Assembly: GCA_021613535.1 (NCBI GenBank)
Contig: CP075494.1
Span: 11,160,001-11,224,000 of the forward strand
DNA from: Adineta vaga
Lineage: Eukaryota > Animalia > Rotifera
Reading direction: 5' to 3'
Length of the DNA stretch: 64,000 nucleotides
The position numbers and the translations under genes are program-made. Below the pieces are notes generated by a model. The model did no database searches and had not been told where the DNA came from. It saw only the letters and a program-made list of their open reading frames with translations. This document shows, one piece after another, positions 24,793 through 50,673 of the stretch (positions are counted from its first letter, which is position 1; every line of letters begins with the position of its first letter).

Positions 24793-26135
24793 TTGAATTG
24801 AATTTTCTTCTAAGTCAAACTAATTAGATCTGATGATATTCTTTCAAAGATAACATTGTTAGTGACAACCGAGACATGTATCGTTTCTTTTTTTTCCTAT
24901 AAAAATTCCGTCGCAAATATCATGTCATAATATCGAGTTGACGAAACGAAATTAATTAGTGTTATTTCATAGACTTCTTGACGTATGTATTTATGCAGTA
25001 GAATACGATGATGGTTGAAAAAAAGAAGAAAATAAAGAATATCTCTTTTTTTTCTCTTCTCTTCTCTTCGCTTCTCTTCTCCTCTCTTCTCTTCCTGCTA
25101 GACTATATATATATAAATGAGTTCTGTCTTCAAGGTTCTTTGTTCTTCCTTTTATATTCTCTCTTCTCTATCTCTCATAGTAATTATTGTCGAAATAAAT
25201 GCATCTGGGTGTCGACATCAACTAAACTATATATCTATAGATACAAATCAAAAATAATTCTAAATCAAACACACATATGTAGAGAGATATGTAATATGTA
25301 TATCGATGAGATCAATATTTCAACCTGAGGTCAAAATAAATGCCGAGAACTACAATATTTTTTTTCAAAATAGTCCTTCTCATGTGATGAGAAATATCAA
25401 AATAATCTTGTATCCTACGAAGAAACTGATGAGTGATTTAAGCAAATAACATCTATCAACAGTAGTACTGGCAAACTTTCTTCACCAGACATGCTTAATT
25501 ATATATCCAATAAAGTTATACAAATGAGTTTTGTGCCTTTGTATAAGACTTGTGTTTATTTTAGTTTGATTTTTCATAGAATATATATATAAATTATGAA
25601 AGAGTGCTTATTCTATTCTTTTTCTTCTTTTACATCAGTCGTTTCTAATGCAAGGAACATGTTTGCCATCCAAATTTTTTCTCTTCTCGTGCTTTGTATT
25701 ATATATAAAAATTGCATATATTTAGATACAAGAAAAAAAAGCTGCTATTATATACATTACATGTTTTCTTTTTATTTTCGAATAGACTGAAGATTTTCTT
25801 CGATCAATTATGAAATGAAAAATACATTTTTGCACTCGAAATATATCGAATCAGGATAATTCAATTAGCAAGCACGTTTTCGAAATAAACTAACTTGTTT
25901 ACCATATGATTTATAGATTAGAGAAATATATATTTATCTATCTTAGTAATGACATAACTAAACCATGATTAATTCATAGATATCACTAGTTGATGTTAAA
26001 AGAAACGTTAGAATGTAATGTCAAAGGTATAGTTTTTTATTGGTTAGGATTGTCAAGCAATTGACGATAAAACCTTGTCGGTTTCATAGCAATGAAGTGA
26101 TTTGAGTCAGACGAAGAAGAAGAAGAAGAAGAAGA

Positions 26136-36557
<10,422 letters not shown>

Positions 36558-37410
36558 GGAAATTCTTCTCCGTCTTTTATTTTTGATTATTGTTGTGGAA
36601 TGTTTGTTTTTTTATTGGAGAAATTTTTCTGTGATTAGAATATCTTTCTTATACTTTTATGCGTGTATCCCTGTGCTATTTTTTAACAGCAGAATTTATT
36701 TATTTTCTATTGACGACAAATAATGGTGCCTTCGTGATTGGTTTTTTTTCGAATGCTAGTCGTTTTTGGTGTGTGTGAGTGTAATTGGAAATTTATTTTG
36801 TGCATATAAGAAAAAGAATAAATGAGAATATTTGTTTGATTATTACAATAATTCTGCATTGTCTTGCTAAGATCACTAATCAAATTGAACATGTGATTAT
36901 CGGCTTTTACGTACGATACTGCATTTATTTGAACCAATTATATGGTCAACAATGAAATATAGCTACTGAAAATAGAATAAACTACTGATTTTCATTATCT
37001 TTGCAGGAGACAACATTTGAATAGATCATTGAAACGAATATTTCTTATACAAAGAAGGAAAGTTGAAGCAAGATTTAGAATTCATTCCTAAACATTCTGT
37101 CCGGACAAAAAGAAAAAGAAGCAACACACATAAACACATAAAAAGCCACAACACATGATTTGGTTTTTATATGGAGCATGTTCTAGATGCCCAAACACAC
37201 TCGGTAACAGTACAAAAGAAAAGAGACGAAAAGAAGATAATTCACAAATGAAACATGTACATTTCCATTAACAACTAATTAGCTTGATTGAGACAATTGC
37301 TAGGTGGTTTTTTTTCTTCTTAATTTGAAAATGAACAATAGACACAAATAAATAACGGATATACACACGCACAGAGAAGAAGGCAAAAGAAAGAAAAATG
37401 TCATGTTCGT

Positions 37411-38292
<882 letters not shown>

Positions 38293-38508
38293 GACGAGCA
38301 AAAACTCGAAATTTTAGTTGTATAGATCTTAAAAATTGAGAATAGAATAGATTGAAATACAAGTCGGAAGTTAATAACAATGAACAAGTGAAGATTTTTG
38401 CTAAGGTAAAGAAAGAATAATATAGATTATTGGTTAATAGACGGAAGAATAAGAATGACGACGACACACTATATAATGACGATGTCAGGCAAGTTCATAG
38501 TAGATATG

Positions 38509-38521
38509 GTATCTAAGGAAC
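38509..38521 (-). promoter_or_regulatory. X-box (RFX)-like element GTTCCTTAGATAC upstream of ARL3
   Basis: Imperfect palindrome GT...AC of X-box type about 220 bp upstream of the ATG of a known ciliary gene. Confidence 0.35.
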
Positions 38522-38920
38522 CTTCACGTTGTCAAGCGATTGATATAAACAAATCAATTTGAATTAAATCTTTAGAAATTCTCTTTTCATCTCTTTCAAT
38601 TATTTTATGATTTAAAATTTATTTCAATGATCGATATTTAACTCCCTCTAGCGAACGATCAGAACACATGTATGTCTATATGAGTGATGTTGGCATGATC
38701 TGATCTCATTATATTTACTATTGAAGAGGAGAAGAGCCTAGATTCTATTTTCATTTTTTTTCTCCTATTCAACAATCAAATTTGATTGAATATCGAACTC
38801 TGAAATACTTATTATGTAACTACTTCAAAATAATGATCATTTTATTTCAATCATTTTCTATTATATAAGAGATAACCGATAGTTATTTGCGAAAAGAATC
38901 ATTCATTCTGTATATATATT

Positions 38921-39754
38921 TCATTTTGGTTTGCTTGCTTTTATGGCATATATTATTGGTATTTTTCCTTCTAATCCTTTGATTTGATAGCGTTTATCAG
39001 CAATCTTTACAGAATTAATCAATGAATCATATGGTGAATAATCAAATTCTTTAACTATTTCAATCTGTAGTCCATTTTGTAAAAGTGCTTGGATGACATC
39101 GCTAAGTGGATGACACCATTCCATACTTTGATTTTGAATTGGAGCAGTTCGATCTGCATAAGTACCTTGACAATCATTGACAATAGGTTCATGATTAAAA
39201 TAAGAATTTTCAATACGTGTATATGCTGCATCAAACATATCAAGAATTGGATGAAATTCGATCATAATCAAACTTCCACCTGGTTTTAAACAACTAGAAA
39301 CAATATGAGCCCATTGAATGATATCTGGTAACCAATTTATTGTTCCATACGAAGCAAAAACAATATCGAAGAGATTTTCCGATTGTTGTAATTCTAAATG
39401 ATGAGGTAAATCATAGATATTACAACAGATAAACTTGGTTGATGTAGACAGATTGGTAAGATTTGCTAATTCTTCCGCTTTTGCAATTGCTTTTTCAGAA
39501 AAATCGACTCCAATAATTTGTTTTACACCACGTCGAGCTAGTGAAAGTGTGTCAAGTCCAAAGTGACATTGTAAATGAATAATACGTTTTTCTTGTATAT
39601 CTCCAAGTAGATCAATTTCAATTGAATTTAATGAATCATTTCCATGTAGAAATCCATTTACATCATACATAGATGAGTTAACATGATAATCAACTTTGTC
39701 ATTCCATAAACATTTATTTATAGTAGTAAACTCCGATGAAAGATTGCTATTCAT
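38921..39754 (-). CDS. Class I SAM-dependent methyltransferase, bacterial type, intronless (HGT candidate)
   Basis: N..LWN...H..S.MYDV.GFL.G..SL..IEIDLLGD, HLQCHFGLDTLSLARRG, GVDFSEKAI, FDIVFASYGTINWLPD, LKPGG.L.MIEFHP and EWCHPLSDVI are motifs typical of a widespread bacterial MTase family. Confidence 0.88.
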   Translation of the reverse strand: MNSNLSSEFTTINKCLWNDKVDYHVNSSMYDVNGFLHGNDSLNSIEIDLLGDIQEKRIIHLQCHFGLDTLSLARRGVKQIIGVDFSEKAIAKAEELANLTNLSTSTKFICCNIYDLPHHLELQQSENLFDIVFASYGTINWLPDIIQWAHIVSSCLKPGGSLIMIEFHPILDMFDAAYTRIENSYFNHEPIVNDCQGTYADRTAPIQNQSMEWCHPLSDVIQALLQNGLQIEIVKEFDYSPYDSLINSVKIADKRYQIKGLEGKIPIIYAIKASKPK

Positions 39755-41502
39755 TTCGTTTTACCTGTTATCACTGTATACTAGATGTAAAATCAAGTGT
39801 AAATGAAAACTATTTAGTGTTTTTGCTTATCATCGAAGAATATGTGACGAATGATTATGCAATAACATTGTGCTCAGACAATATTGAACAAATGAACTTC
39901 GCCTTTCTCTCTCTACTCATTTTTATACTTCATAGTCGAAATTGATTGTAATCAACGAATGAAAGCGTAGAACGAAAATACAAATATTTTCTTGTCTACA
40001 AGAGTGAGAAGCACATTCAGTACAATCTCAAATACGTAGGTGGGTAGTATTACAAAGTTCAATCGATATTTGACTTGCATGAATGAAAAGTTCAATCATT
40101 GTTGACATATACATCTTACTGTGCATTAGCGACATCTACATTTGTTATTCTGAAATATCAATGTAATCTTCTACCAATAGAAAATTGTTAAAAACAATAT
40201 AATTGTAGATGCTTGTACTATTACTCAGTACAGTACAGTAAGAGTGTATGTCATTCACATCATCACCTTTTCATCAGCTCAAGAAGAAGTCTGTATATCT
40301 TCAAATGTTCTGATCGTTCATTCTTCGATCCGATTCGATAGTTTCTTCTTTTCTATCTGTCACAGTCAGATCAATAATCTACGTTTCCTTTTTTTGCTTG
40401 CCTCGTCCTCGATCATCAAAACTCGTCTTAACAGATAATATTGGAGGTCACTTATTTTTTTCTTCTTCTTCTTCTTCTATCTGTTCTTATAAACACTTGT
40501 CAATTGTTTATTATCTTTTCATGCAAATTAATCTCTATTAGAAATAGAAAAATATTGAGAATATATGTTTCGAATAAGGTCAAGGTTTCTCTTTTCGTCG
40601 AGACGCATACACATTAAATTCTCCAAAGTATACACAGCTCGATTTTCTTCTCTTTCAAAGCATGTATTCGTTAGTAGAGACAATCCAAAGCATTATATCA
40701 TATCATTTCTCTGCGTATGTATGATATCCATTTTCGAAACAAAAATTCTTCGTACATCAGATTTCTTTTTTTCTTTCCTCATCCTTTCCTTCATCTCATA
40801 CAATAACAACTGTTACTCAAATGTCTGAAGTTTCATTCGTTTGTTTTTTATCATCATAGAAGCCAAAGAAAAGAATGGAATCGAAGCAAAGTTAAATCTT
40901 TCATTCATTTGTTCTCTTTTTTTTCTAGATCTTCAATCATGAAGAAGATCATTCCTCGAAATCGACTAATCTGATGCTATTCATTGATTATTTTTCGAAC
41001 ATTTAATCGTTCGACAACGAAAATAAACAGGTAAATCTTATTCTCTCATTGTCTTTCTCTTGTCAGTCGTAATTGATTAATCAAGTGAATAATGACCTGT
41101 AGAAGAACGGGAAAGAGAAAATTGTTCTTTCCTCCTCTTTGACTTTTTTATACATACGATACGAAAGAAAATGTGACGGGGTGTAAACTGAACATATCGA
41201 ACATTTTTCATATGCATACGTTTTATGAAGAATCGAACATTTGTATCGACACATAAAAAGTAAAAAGAAAAAAAAAGACAGGAATGGCTGAATCTTATAA
41301 ATCATATGTTCAGCAATTATTGCAAAATGGATTTAAATCTCGAAGACATTCGTTCTTTGAACATATCGATGGAAGATTATTAATTGAACAATCACGAAAG
41401 AATGGTTCATCGAATGTAAGACTTACAAATGCAATGAGTTCTTCATTTTTTTCTTCTCAATTTGAAAATCAATTATAAAATTCTTTTCAATTTTAGCGAA
41501 CT

Positions 41503-44205
<2,703 letters not shown>

Positions 44206-44549
44206 CAAGCATTTGTTTACGAAAAAAAACGGCGTTCTTTTTCTTTTCTCTCCTGTTTATTTGTGTGTGATATTTCTATTTTCTTCTGATAATTTTCATT
44301 CTCATCTTGTCTCAACTCTGTATTATGGTGCTGGATAATGGCGCTCTTGAACATCTCACATAGTTCTTTTACTTTTCTTCTCATGTTCTTCTTTTTCTTT
44401 TTAAATTGATACTATCACTTAATTAACAATTGGTTTCTAGAATGTGAATAATTGTTTAAAAACAAAAAAACGAGCTATTTATGTGCCTTGATACAAATTG
44501 TAGAAAAAATAATTGTTTATGAATTTTTCTTCTCTTTTTTTCCAGATCA

Positions 44550-45442
44550 ATGGATTTCAATAGTTCAAAAGATCAACAACAGAAACGCGGATTTAGTCTC
44601 TTTGGAAACTATAATTTAAATGAAGGAGTCGGTGATATTCCTGGTAGGTTTAAAGGGATTGACATGAATTGATGATGAATTTTGATTTTATTAGTTCATT
44701 CGAGTGCCGGTACAAATGCTTTATCACCTTTTTTGAATTTTGATCCACAAGTATTAAATCCCGTATGTACTTAGTCTCAGTAAAAACAAGATAAATGAGA
44801 AAGTATACGTTTTTAAGGGTGGTTCACAATTTATCTTGCCTGAAGGACAAAAAGAAAAACGTGGTCGATTGGAATTGATGTTTTTTACCATTGGTGGTTC
44901 TGTTATTGCTGGTTTGTTGAATCTAAAATCAAAATTAAAAAAATACATTTACTAAGATATCTTTTTCTAGGAAGTGTCATTGGCAGTGCATCGGGATTAT
45001 ATCGTGGTATACGTGAAACAAAAGATTTAGCTGGACCAGTACGAACTTCAACGTAAGTTTATCATATAGAATTGGTAACTTTATTATTGTTTATTTCTAA
45101 ATTTATTTAGAATTATAAACTATGTCGCTCGACAAGGCGCTACTACTGCTTCAGCGATGGGTTCAATAGGTAGAATAGAATGTTAATGGTCATACATTTT
45201 ACATGTTCATTCGATTTGATTTCTTTTTAGCATTGATCTACAGTTTAGTCGGTACCGGTTTAAGTTGGGTACGTGATGTTGATGATGAATTGAATACTGT
45301 GGCAAGTGCTGGTCTCACTGGTCTTCTTTATCGATCGACTTCTGGTTGGAAAGGGGCTTTGCGAGGAAGTCTCTATGGTTTAGGCATATCTTCCCTATAT
45401 GTGCTTGTTGCCTCCAAAGAACGTCTTCATCCATATGCGTAG
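44550..45442 (+). CDS. TIMM23: Mitochondrial inner membrane translocase subunit Tim23
   Basis: LSPFLNFDP..L...FILPEG..EKRGRLELMFFTIGGS, IINYVARQGA, RDVDDELNTVASAGLTGLLYRSTSG. Confidence 0.92.
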
Positions 45443-45579
45443 ATCATGTGTTCTGTTTTTTTCTTTGTTCTTCTTGTTGTCATTGATTGTACTCCTAATA
45501 AGGATTGAAATACACATCAACACTACCCTATAGAACATATTTTTTGTGAGATGTCTGTTTTCTTTTTGTAGAAAAAAGA

Positions 45580-47085
45580 ATGGCAGTACCGGAAAGAATG
45601 CGGGCTGTTCTTTTGAAAGGTTTTGGTGATCGCGGTAGGTATTTGTGTGAATTGATTTACATATTCATTTTTACTTTTTGTTATTTTTATTTTTATCCTT
45701 AGATAATTTGTATATTGGTGAAACAGATGTACCGAAAATGAAAGTATAGAGTATTTTATTGCTGATAAAAATGATTGATTGAAAAAATAAAGAGATTTTG
45801 TTTAGAATGATGAGGTTCTTGTACAAGTTCATGCATTCGGTATAAATCGAGCAGATATTATGCAACGTAAAGGTCAATATTCATCACTATTTAATGCCAC
45901 AGATATTATGGGATTGGAAGCATCAGGAGAGATTGTTGATGTTGGTGATCAAGCCAAAGATAAATGGAAGATTGGTGATAAAGTATGAATTTATACAGTC
46001 GACTAATAGGGATCTTATGAATTGTCTTGTTAGGTAATGGTCTTAGTCTTCAGTGGTGGCTATGCAGAGTATGTTGTTGCACAAATGAATTGTACGATGA
46101 AAATTCCTAAAGGAATTTCAATAATTGAAGCTGCTGGTTTGTGTTTTACATTGTAGTTTCAAAACATTAAATTGTATTTTGTAGGTATTCCAGAAACATT
46201 TCTTACCGCCTATCAAGGTTTAAAATTGATTGGAAATATAAAAAAAGGTGATCTTGTTCTTATTCATGCTGGTGCAAGGTAAATACATATTCGAACATCA
46301 AGAAATGTCTGTACTTTTAACTTTCTTTTTTTTGAATATTCTAGTGGAGTTGGTACTGCTGCTATTCAACTTGCGAAATTTTTCGGTGCTAAAGTAGCAG
46401 CAACAGCTGGAAGTAATGAAAAAGTTGCCTATTGTAAAAAACTCGGTGCTGACAAACGAATTAATTATACACATGGACCTTGGTAATCGATCACTTACTT
46501 TTTATCTTTCCATTCATCGTAGAACTATTTAGGACGAATACAATACTCGAATTTGCTCGAGGATTGAACAAACATGGTATGATTTTTGTGTGTTCTATGC
46601 TTATTTGCATGTGATCTATAAAATATTAATGGCTGCATCCCATCGGAATGTGTTCTGTTATTGTTTGATAACAAATAATTAACTTCGAGTACGTCAATTG
46701 TATTCGTTTAGGTTATGATATTGTATATGACAATGTTGGCAAAGATTATGTGCAAGCAAATCAAGATGTTCTCGGCATTGATTCACGTTGGATTGTTCAT
46801 AGTCATTTAAGTGGACCTGAAGCCGAGAATTTATCGTTTGCAACAATAATAAAGAAACGTATTTCATTGTATGGTACTGTTTTACGAGCTCGATCTATTG
46901 ATTATAAAACAAATCTTATCAAACAATTCGAAGAGGAAATTATGAATGGTTTTGTCGATGGTAGACTTAAAGTTATCATTGATAAAACTTGGCCAATAGA
47001 GCAAGTTGTCGAAGCTCATAAATATATGGAAAATAATTTAACCATGGGTAAACTAGTGGTGACAATTGTAGAAGATAGAAAATAA
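45580..47085 (+). CDS. TP53I3: NADPH:quinone oxidoreductase, PIG3/TP53I3 type (zeta-crystallin/MDR family)
   Basis: [85 protein letters not shown]...GKLV. Confidence 0.88.
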
Positions 47086-47193
47086 ATCTCCATTACTATT
47101 TTTATTTAGCGAAGCTGATTTGTTTTATATATAGATTACTCGTAAAAAAATGTCTTGATCTTTTTCTATTACGAAAGTAGAAATAAATAATAA

Positions 47194-49620
47194 TTATAGT
47201 TTTTTTTTAATATTTTCAAGTTGATTTCTATACATTTGAAGATGAGGATGATTTGATGGTAATGATTGTTGTGCAACTGAAATAGCTTGTTCATAGAATA
47301 AACACGCTTTCGTGTAGTCATTCGCTTTCTCATATAATACAGCCATGTTATTGTAAGACAGTGCTAAATTGGGATGATTCGAAGGAAGTGATTGTTCTCG
47401 AATCGTAAGCGCCTTTTTATGAGACAAAAGTGCGTTTGAATAGTCACCCATGTTGTCATATACTGTACCGATATTGTTGTAAGATGATGCTAAATCAGGA
47501 TGATTAGAAGGAAGTGATTGTTGTTGAATTGCAAGAGCTTTTTCGTAGGAATTAAGTGCTTTTGAATAATCACCTAAATTGTGAAATACATTGCCAATGT
47601 TATTATAGGATGAAGCTAAACTAGGATGATTAGGAGGAAGCATTTTCCCACTAATTTCAAGTGCTTCTTCGAAGTAAGAGAGTGCTTTTACATATTCTCC
47701 AGTTATACCGTACAATGTACCTATATTATCATAGATAGCAGCCATATCAGGATGATTAGAAGGTAAAGATTGTTGTCGAATGAATAAAGTTTTTTCATAG
47801 TATAAAAGTGCTTTCAAATAATCGCCCATTCTTTGATAGACAGCACCCATATTGTTATATACTTTGGCTAAACTAGGATGATTCGGAGGAAGTAATTGTT
47901 GTTGAATCTCAAGATCTTTTTCGTAATATGAAAGTGCTTTTGAATAGTCACCCATACTATAGTGCACATTACCGATATTGTTGTAGGATGATGATACATC
48001 TGGATGATCAGTAGGAAGTGCCTGTTGTTGAATAGCAAGTGCCGTTTCATGCGATAAAACTGCTTCTGAATAATTGCTCATATTTCGTTTTACGGTAACG
48101 ATATTGTTGTAAATTCTAGCTAATTCAGGATGACCAGAAGGATGCGTTTTTTGATAGATGGTAAGTGCTTTTTCATAGAATACTAATGCTTCAGAATATT
48201 TTCCTTGCTTACATTTAATTGAGCCAAGTTGACCATAAATAGGTGCCCTAGTATTTTCATTTGATGATTGATTGAGTAAGATTTCGTAGATTTCTGCGGC
48301 CTTATCAAATTGACCCATATCATCTAGTACCAAACCTAATCTGTACCAACCTGTTGCTTTTGGAAAGCTCTCTTGTCGAATTTGTTCCGTAAGTACACAT
48401 AAATCTTGATCTTGATCACTGGTAAGTGCCAAGTTAACTTTATACAGGTGCTTGTTAGCACGTATCGATTGAATTTTATGAATACGAAAGACAGTGTGCA
48501 TAGAAAATAACACTTCATTTTCTTTCTGAATGGTACTGATTTTTCTAATAGAAGCAAATGGTGTTGTTGATTGACTTGGATCAATCTTTATAATAAAAAG
48601 AATCCCAAAGAGGTCTGGATTTCTAACTGTATTTCGAGCAAAACGAAATGAAACTTGTCGATTTTTGCTAGTAGATAAGAAATTATTGAATGACATTAAC
48701 CCACCTTTAAATTCGATCATTTGATCGAATTCCTTCTTTGATAAACCTTGACCACGATAAACCGTAAAAGCTTTACCAGCCGAACGGCTAGTATATTGTT
48801 CTTGATATAATTGTTCGATATGTCTATGAAGATCATTAATAAAAAAGCCCATTCGTATGATAATATCTCCATTCATTAGACGTAAAGCACGATTGAGCAT
48901 CGGATATAAAAAACATTCATGCGTGTACCACCCGATGGGAGTTTTCGTATGATAATTGAGTTCTAATTGCTCAATATTATATAATTCTCTATTATTTTCA
49001 GCAAAGACATCACGACAATAATCAATATATTCTTTAATATGTTTTTCTTCGAATGTAATCGTTAGTAAGATTTCTTTTAAAATTTGTGTATACATAAAAG
49101 ATGGATCGAGTTGATTCAAATTTTTATTAGGTATGACGAAGCTGATTGATGAGGCATTTTGTTCACATTGTTGTGCTGTTTTTTTGAGAGCATCACAAAT
49201 ACGTTTAATATCTGTAAAGATACCTTTTATTTTAGGCCATTTTTTGATCCACCGACTATGACGCGTTTTATTACTACAAAAGATAAAGATCGAATCAATT
49301 TGCGACATATCATGTACACGAAGTACAATATTTTGTCCCAGTGATCCTGAAACGATCAGACATGCCTTCGTATTGGTAATACCTTGAATGAATTCAATGC
49401 ATTGATCATCATCTACGAATGTATGGATGCTGTGAACAACAAGTCGAAGTTGTGTAATTGTGTGTTGACAATCTTCATTATTTTCGTCAATATTATTATC
49501 TAACCAAATAAGAAGGATATTTTGTACATTCGGAATACTGATACGTCGACATTCATCATCTCTTCGACGATTGATAGTTATCTGTTCTTTCTTCTTATTG
49601 TCTGATGGACCACTTCCCAT
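47194..49620 (-). CDS. Intronless receiver-like domain + R-S-E mono-ADP-ribosyltransferase + 42-aa TPR array protein (808 aa)
   Basis: ART motifs VYRGQ (Arg codon 48756-48754), FLSTS (48675-48667) and ENE (48522-48514). N-terminal alpha/beta domain LIWLD...LIVSGSLG...IFIFC. C-terminal kinesin-light-chain-type TPRs. MGSGPS fits the myristoylation consensus. Confidence 0.88.
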   Translation of the reverse strand: MGSGPSDNKKKEQITINRRRDDECRRISIPNVQNILLIWLDNNIDENNEDCQHTITQLRLVVHSIHTFVDDDQCIEFIQGITNTKACLIVSGSLGQNIVLRVHDMSQIDSIFIFCSNKTRHSRWIKKWPKIKGIFTDIKRICDALKKTAQQCEQNASSISFVIPNKNLNQLDPSFMYTQILKEILLTITFEEKHIKEYIDYCRDVFAENNRELYNIEQLELNYHTKTPIGWYTHECFLYPMLNRALRLMNGDIIIRMGFFINDLHRHIEQLYQEQYTSRSAGKAFTVYRGQGLSKKEFDQMIEFKGGLMSFNNFLSTSKNRQVSFRFARNTVRNPDLFGILFIIKIDPSQSTTPFASIRKISTIQKENEVLFSMHTVFRIHKIQSIRANKHLYKVNLALTSDQDQDLCVLTEQIRQESFPKATGWYRLGLVLDDMGQFDKAAEIYEILLNQSSNENTRAPIYGQLGSIKCKQGKYSEALVFYEKALTIYQKTHPSGHPELARIYNNIVTVKRNMSNYSEAVLSHETALAIQQQALPTDHPDVSSSYNNIGNVHYSMGDYSKALSYYEKDLEIQQQLLPPNHPSLAKVYNNMGAVYQRMGDYLKALLYYEKTLFIRQQSLPSNHPDMAAIYDNIGTLYGITGEYVKALSYFEEALEISGKMLPPNHPSLASSYNNIGNVFHNLGDYSKALNSYEKALAIQQQSLPSNHPDLASSYNNIGTVYDNMGDYSNALLSHKKALTIREQSLPSNHPNLALSYNNMAVLYEKANDYTKACLFYEQAISVAQQSLPSNHPHLQMYRNQLENIKKKL
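47239..48246 (-). repeat. Eight tandem 126-bp repeats encoding 42-aa TPRs
   Basis: Units of the form A..YNNIG.VY..MGDYSKAL.YYEKAL.IQQQSLP.NHP.L are readable in the translation. Confidence 0.92.
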
Positions 49621-50673
49621 ATATCGTTCTTAATTGAGATCGAATACTGTCAATTTAAGTAAAGTGAACGAAGACTTTTATTACTCGGAACTAATCATCA
49701 ATTGAATTTCAATACTGTATGTTTTTCTCGTTACTTTTATTCAAAAATCACATGCACTTATAATATTACAGACGAAATCAATCTCTTCCAGATGTATATT
49801 TTAACGATGTCATGATATACAGAAAGTCAACAACGAAGAAATCCTATATGATTCATTTGGTATTCTATATTGATTCGAGTTATTAGATATCACGATAACA
49901 AAATAAGATCATTCTTATCATGGTGATTTAATACTTTGACAGATATCAACGACTACGATCAAAATTCTTAAATAAACCGCAAAAGATTACAAAAAGATGA
50001 AGAGTATCTATAAACTATTTATAGAATTAAGAATAAAAATCTGAAACTAGATGATTCATATGTGTACAAAGTAAAAGAGAACAACTCAAACATTATTTTG
50101 CATATGTAAATATTTTGTCAATGTTCCAATTTTTATCCTATAAAATAAAGCCTGACTTCTTTCGAGCTGAGTGCTTGTTGATTCTCTTGAAATAATTTAC
50201 AGTTATTACTTTACCTTGAAGAAGCAACAAGGTATTCCAAAGGCACGCCATTAAGCGAGTAATAAATCAATAAAACCACACATGGCTGTCATCAACTCTT
50301 CTTAATATAAAAAAATGTGTCAAAATCAGTCATGTTATATCTCAATAGATTTGTTTCAGTTTCAATATGTGAAAGATTTTGAAGAAAATTCTCTTAGTAA
50401 CATATAGACTACAAGTAGACAATTTTTCAAATTGAACTATTGATCTATTCCATCAGAATAGTTTCAATTGTTCTTTTTCCGAAACTGAATGAGAAAACAC
50501 GATTAAAAAGAAATACTTAACTGAAGAGATGTTTGATTAGACAAGGAACAAATATGAGGAAAGGATGTGAAAGTCTTCTTTTTTTTTTTAAAAGTGGTCG
50601 ATGTTTGCATAGAAATTCAACGACATTTATTTCTTCGATCAAAAGACATTAATAACAAGCAGGTGTTCTCCCA

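Noticed and set aside
25008-25328. 106-aa ORF with repeated SLLFS
   Set aside because: Translation of a (TCTTC)n simple repeat in the GPCR/PI4KA intergenic region.
47239-48246. 126-bp periodic repeats as a CRISPR-like or satellite array
   Set aside because: They are in-frame protein-coding TPR units with no repeat-spacer structure.
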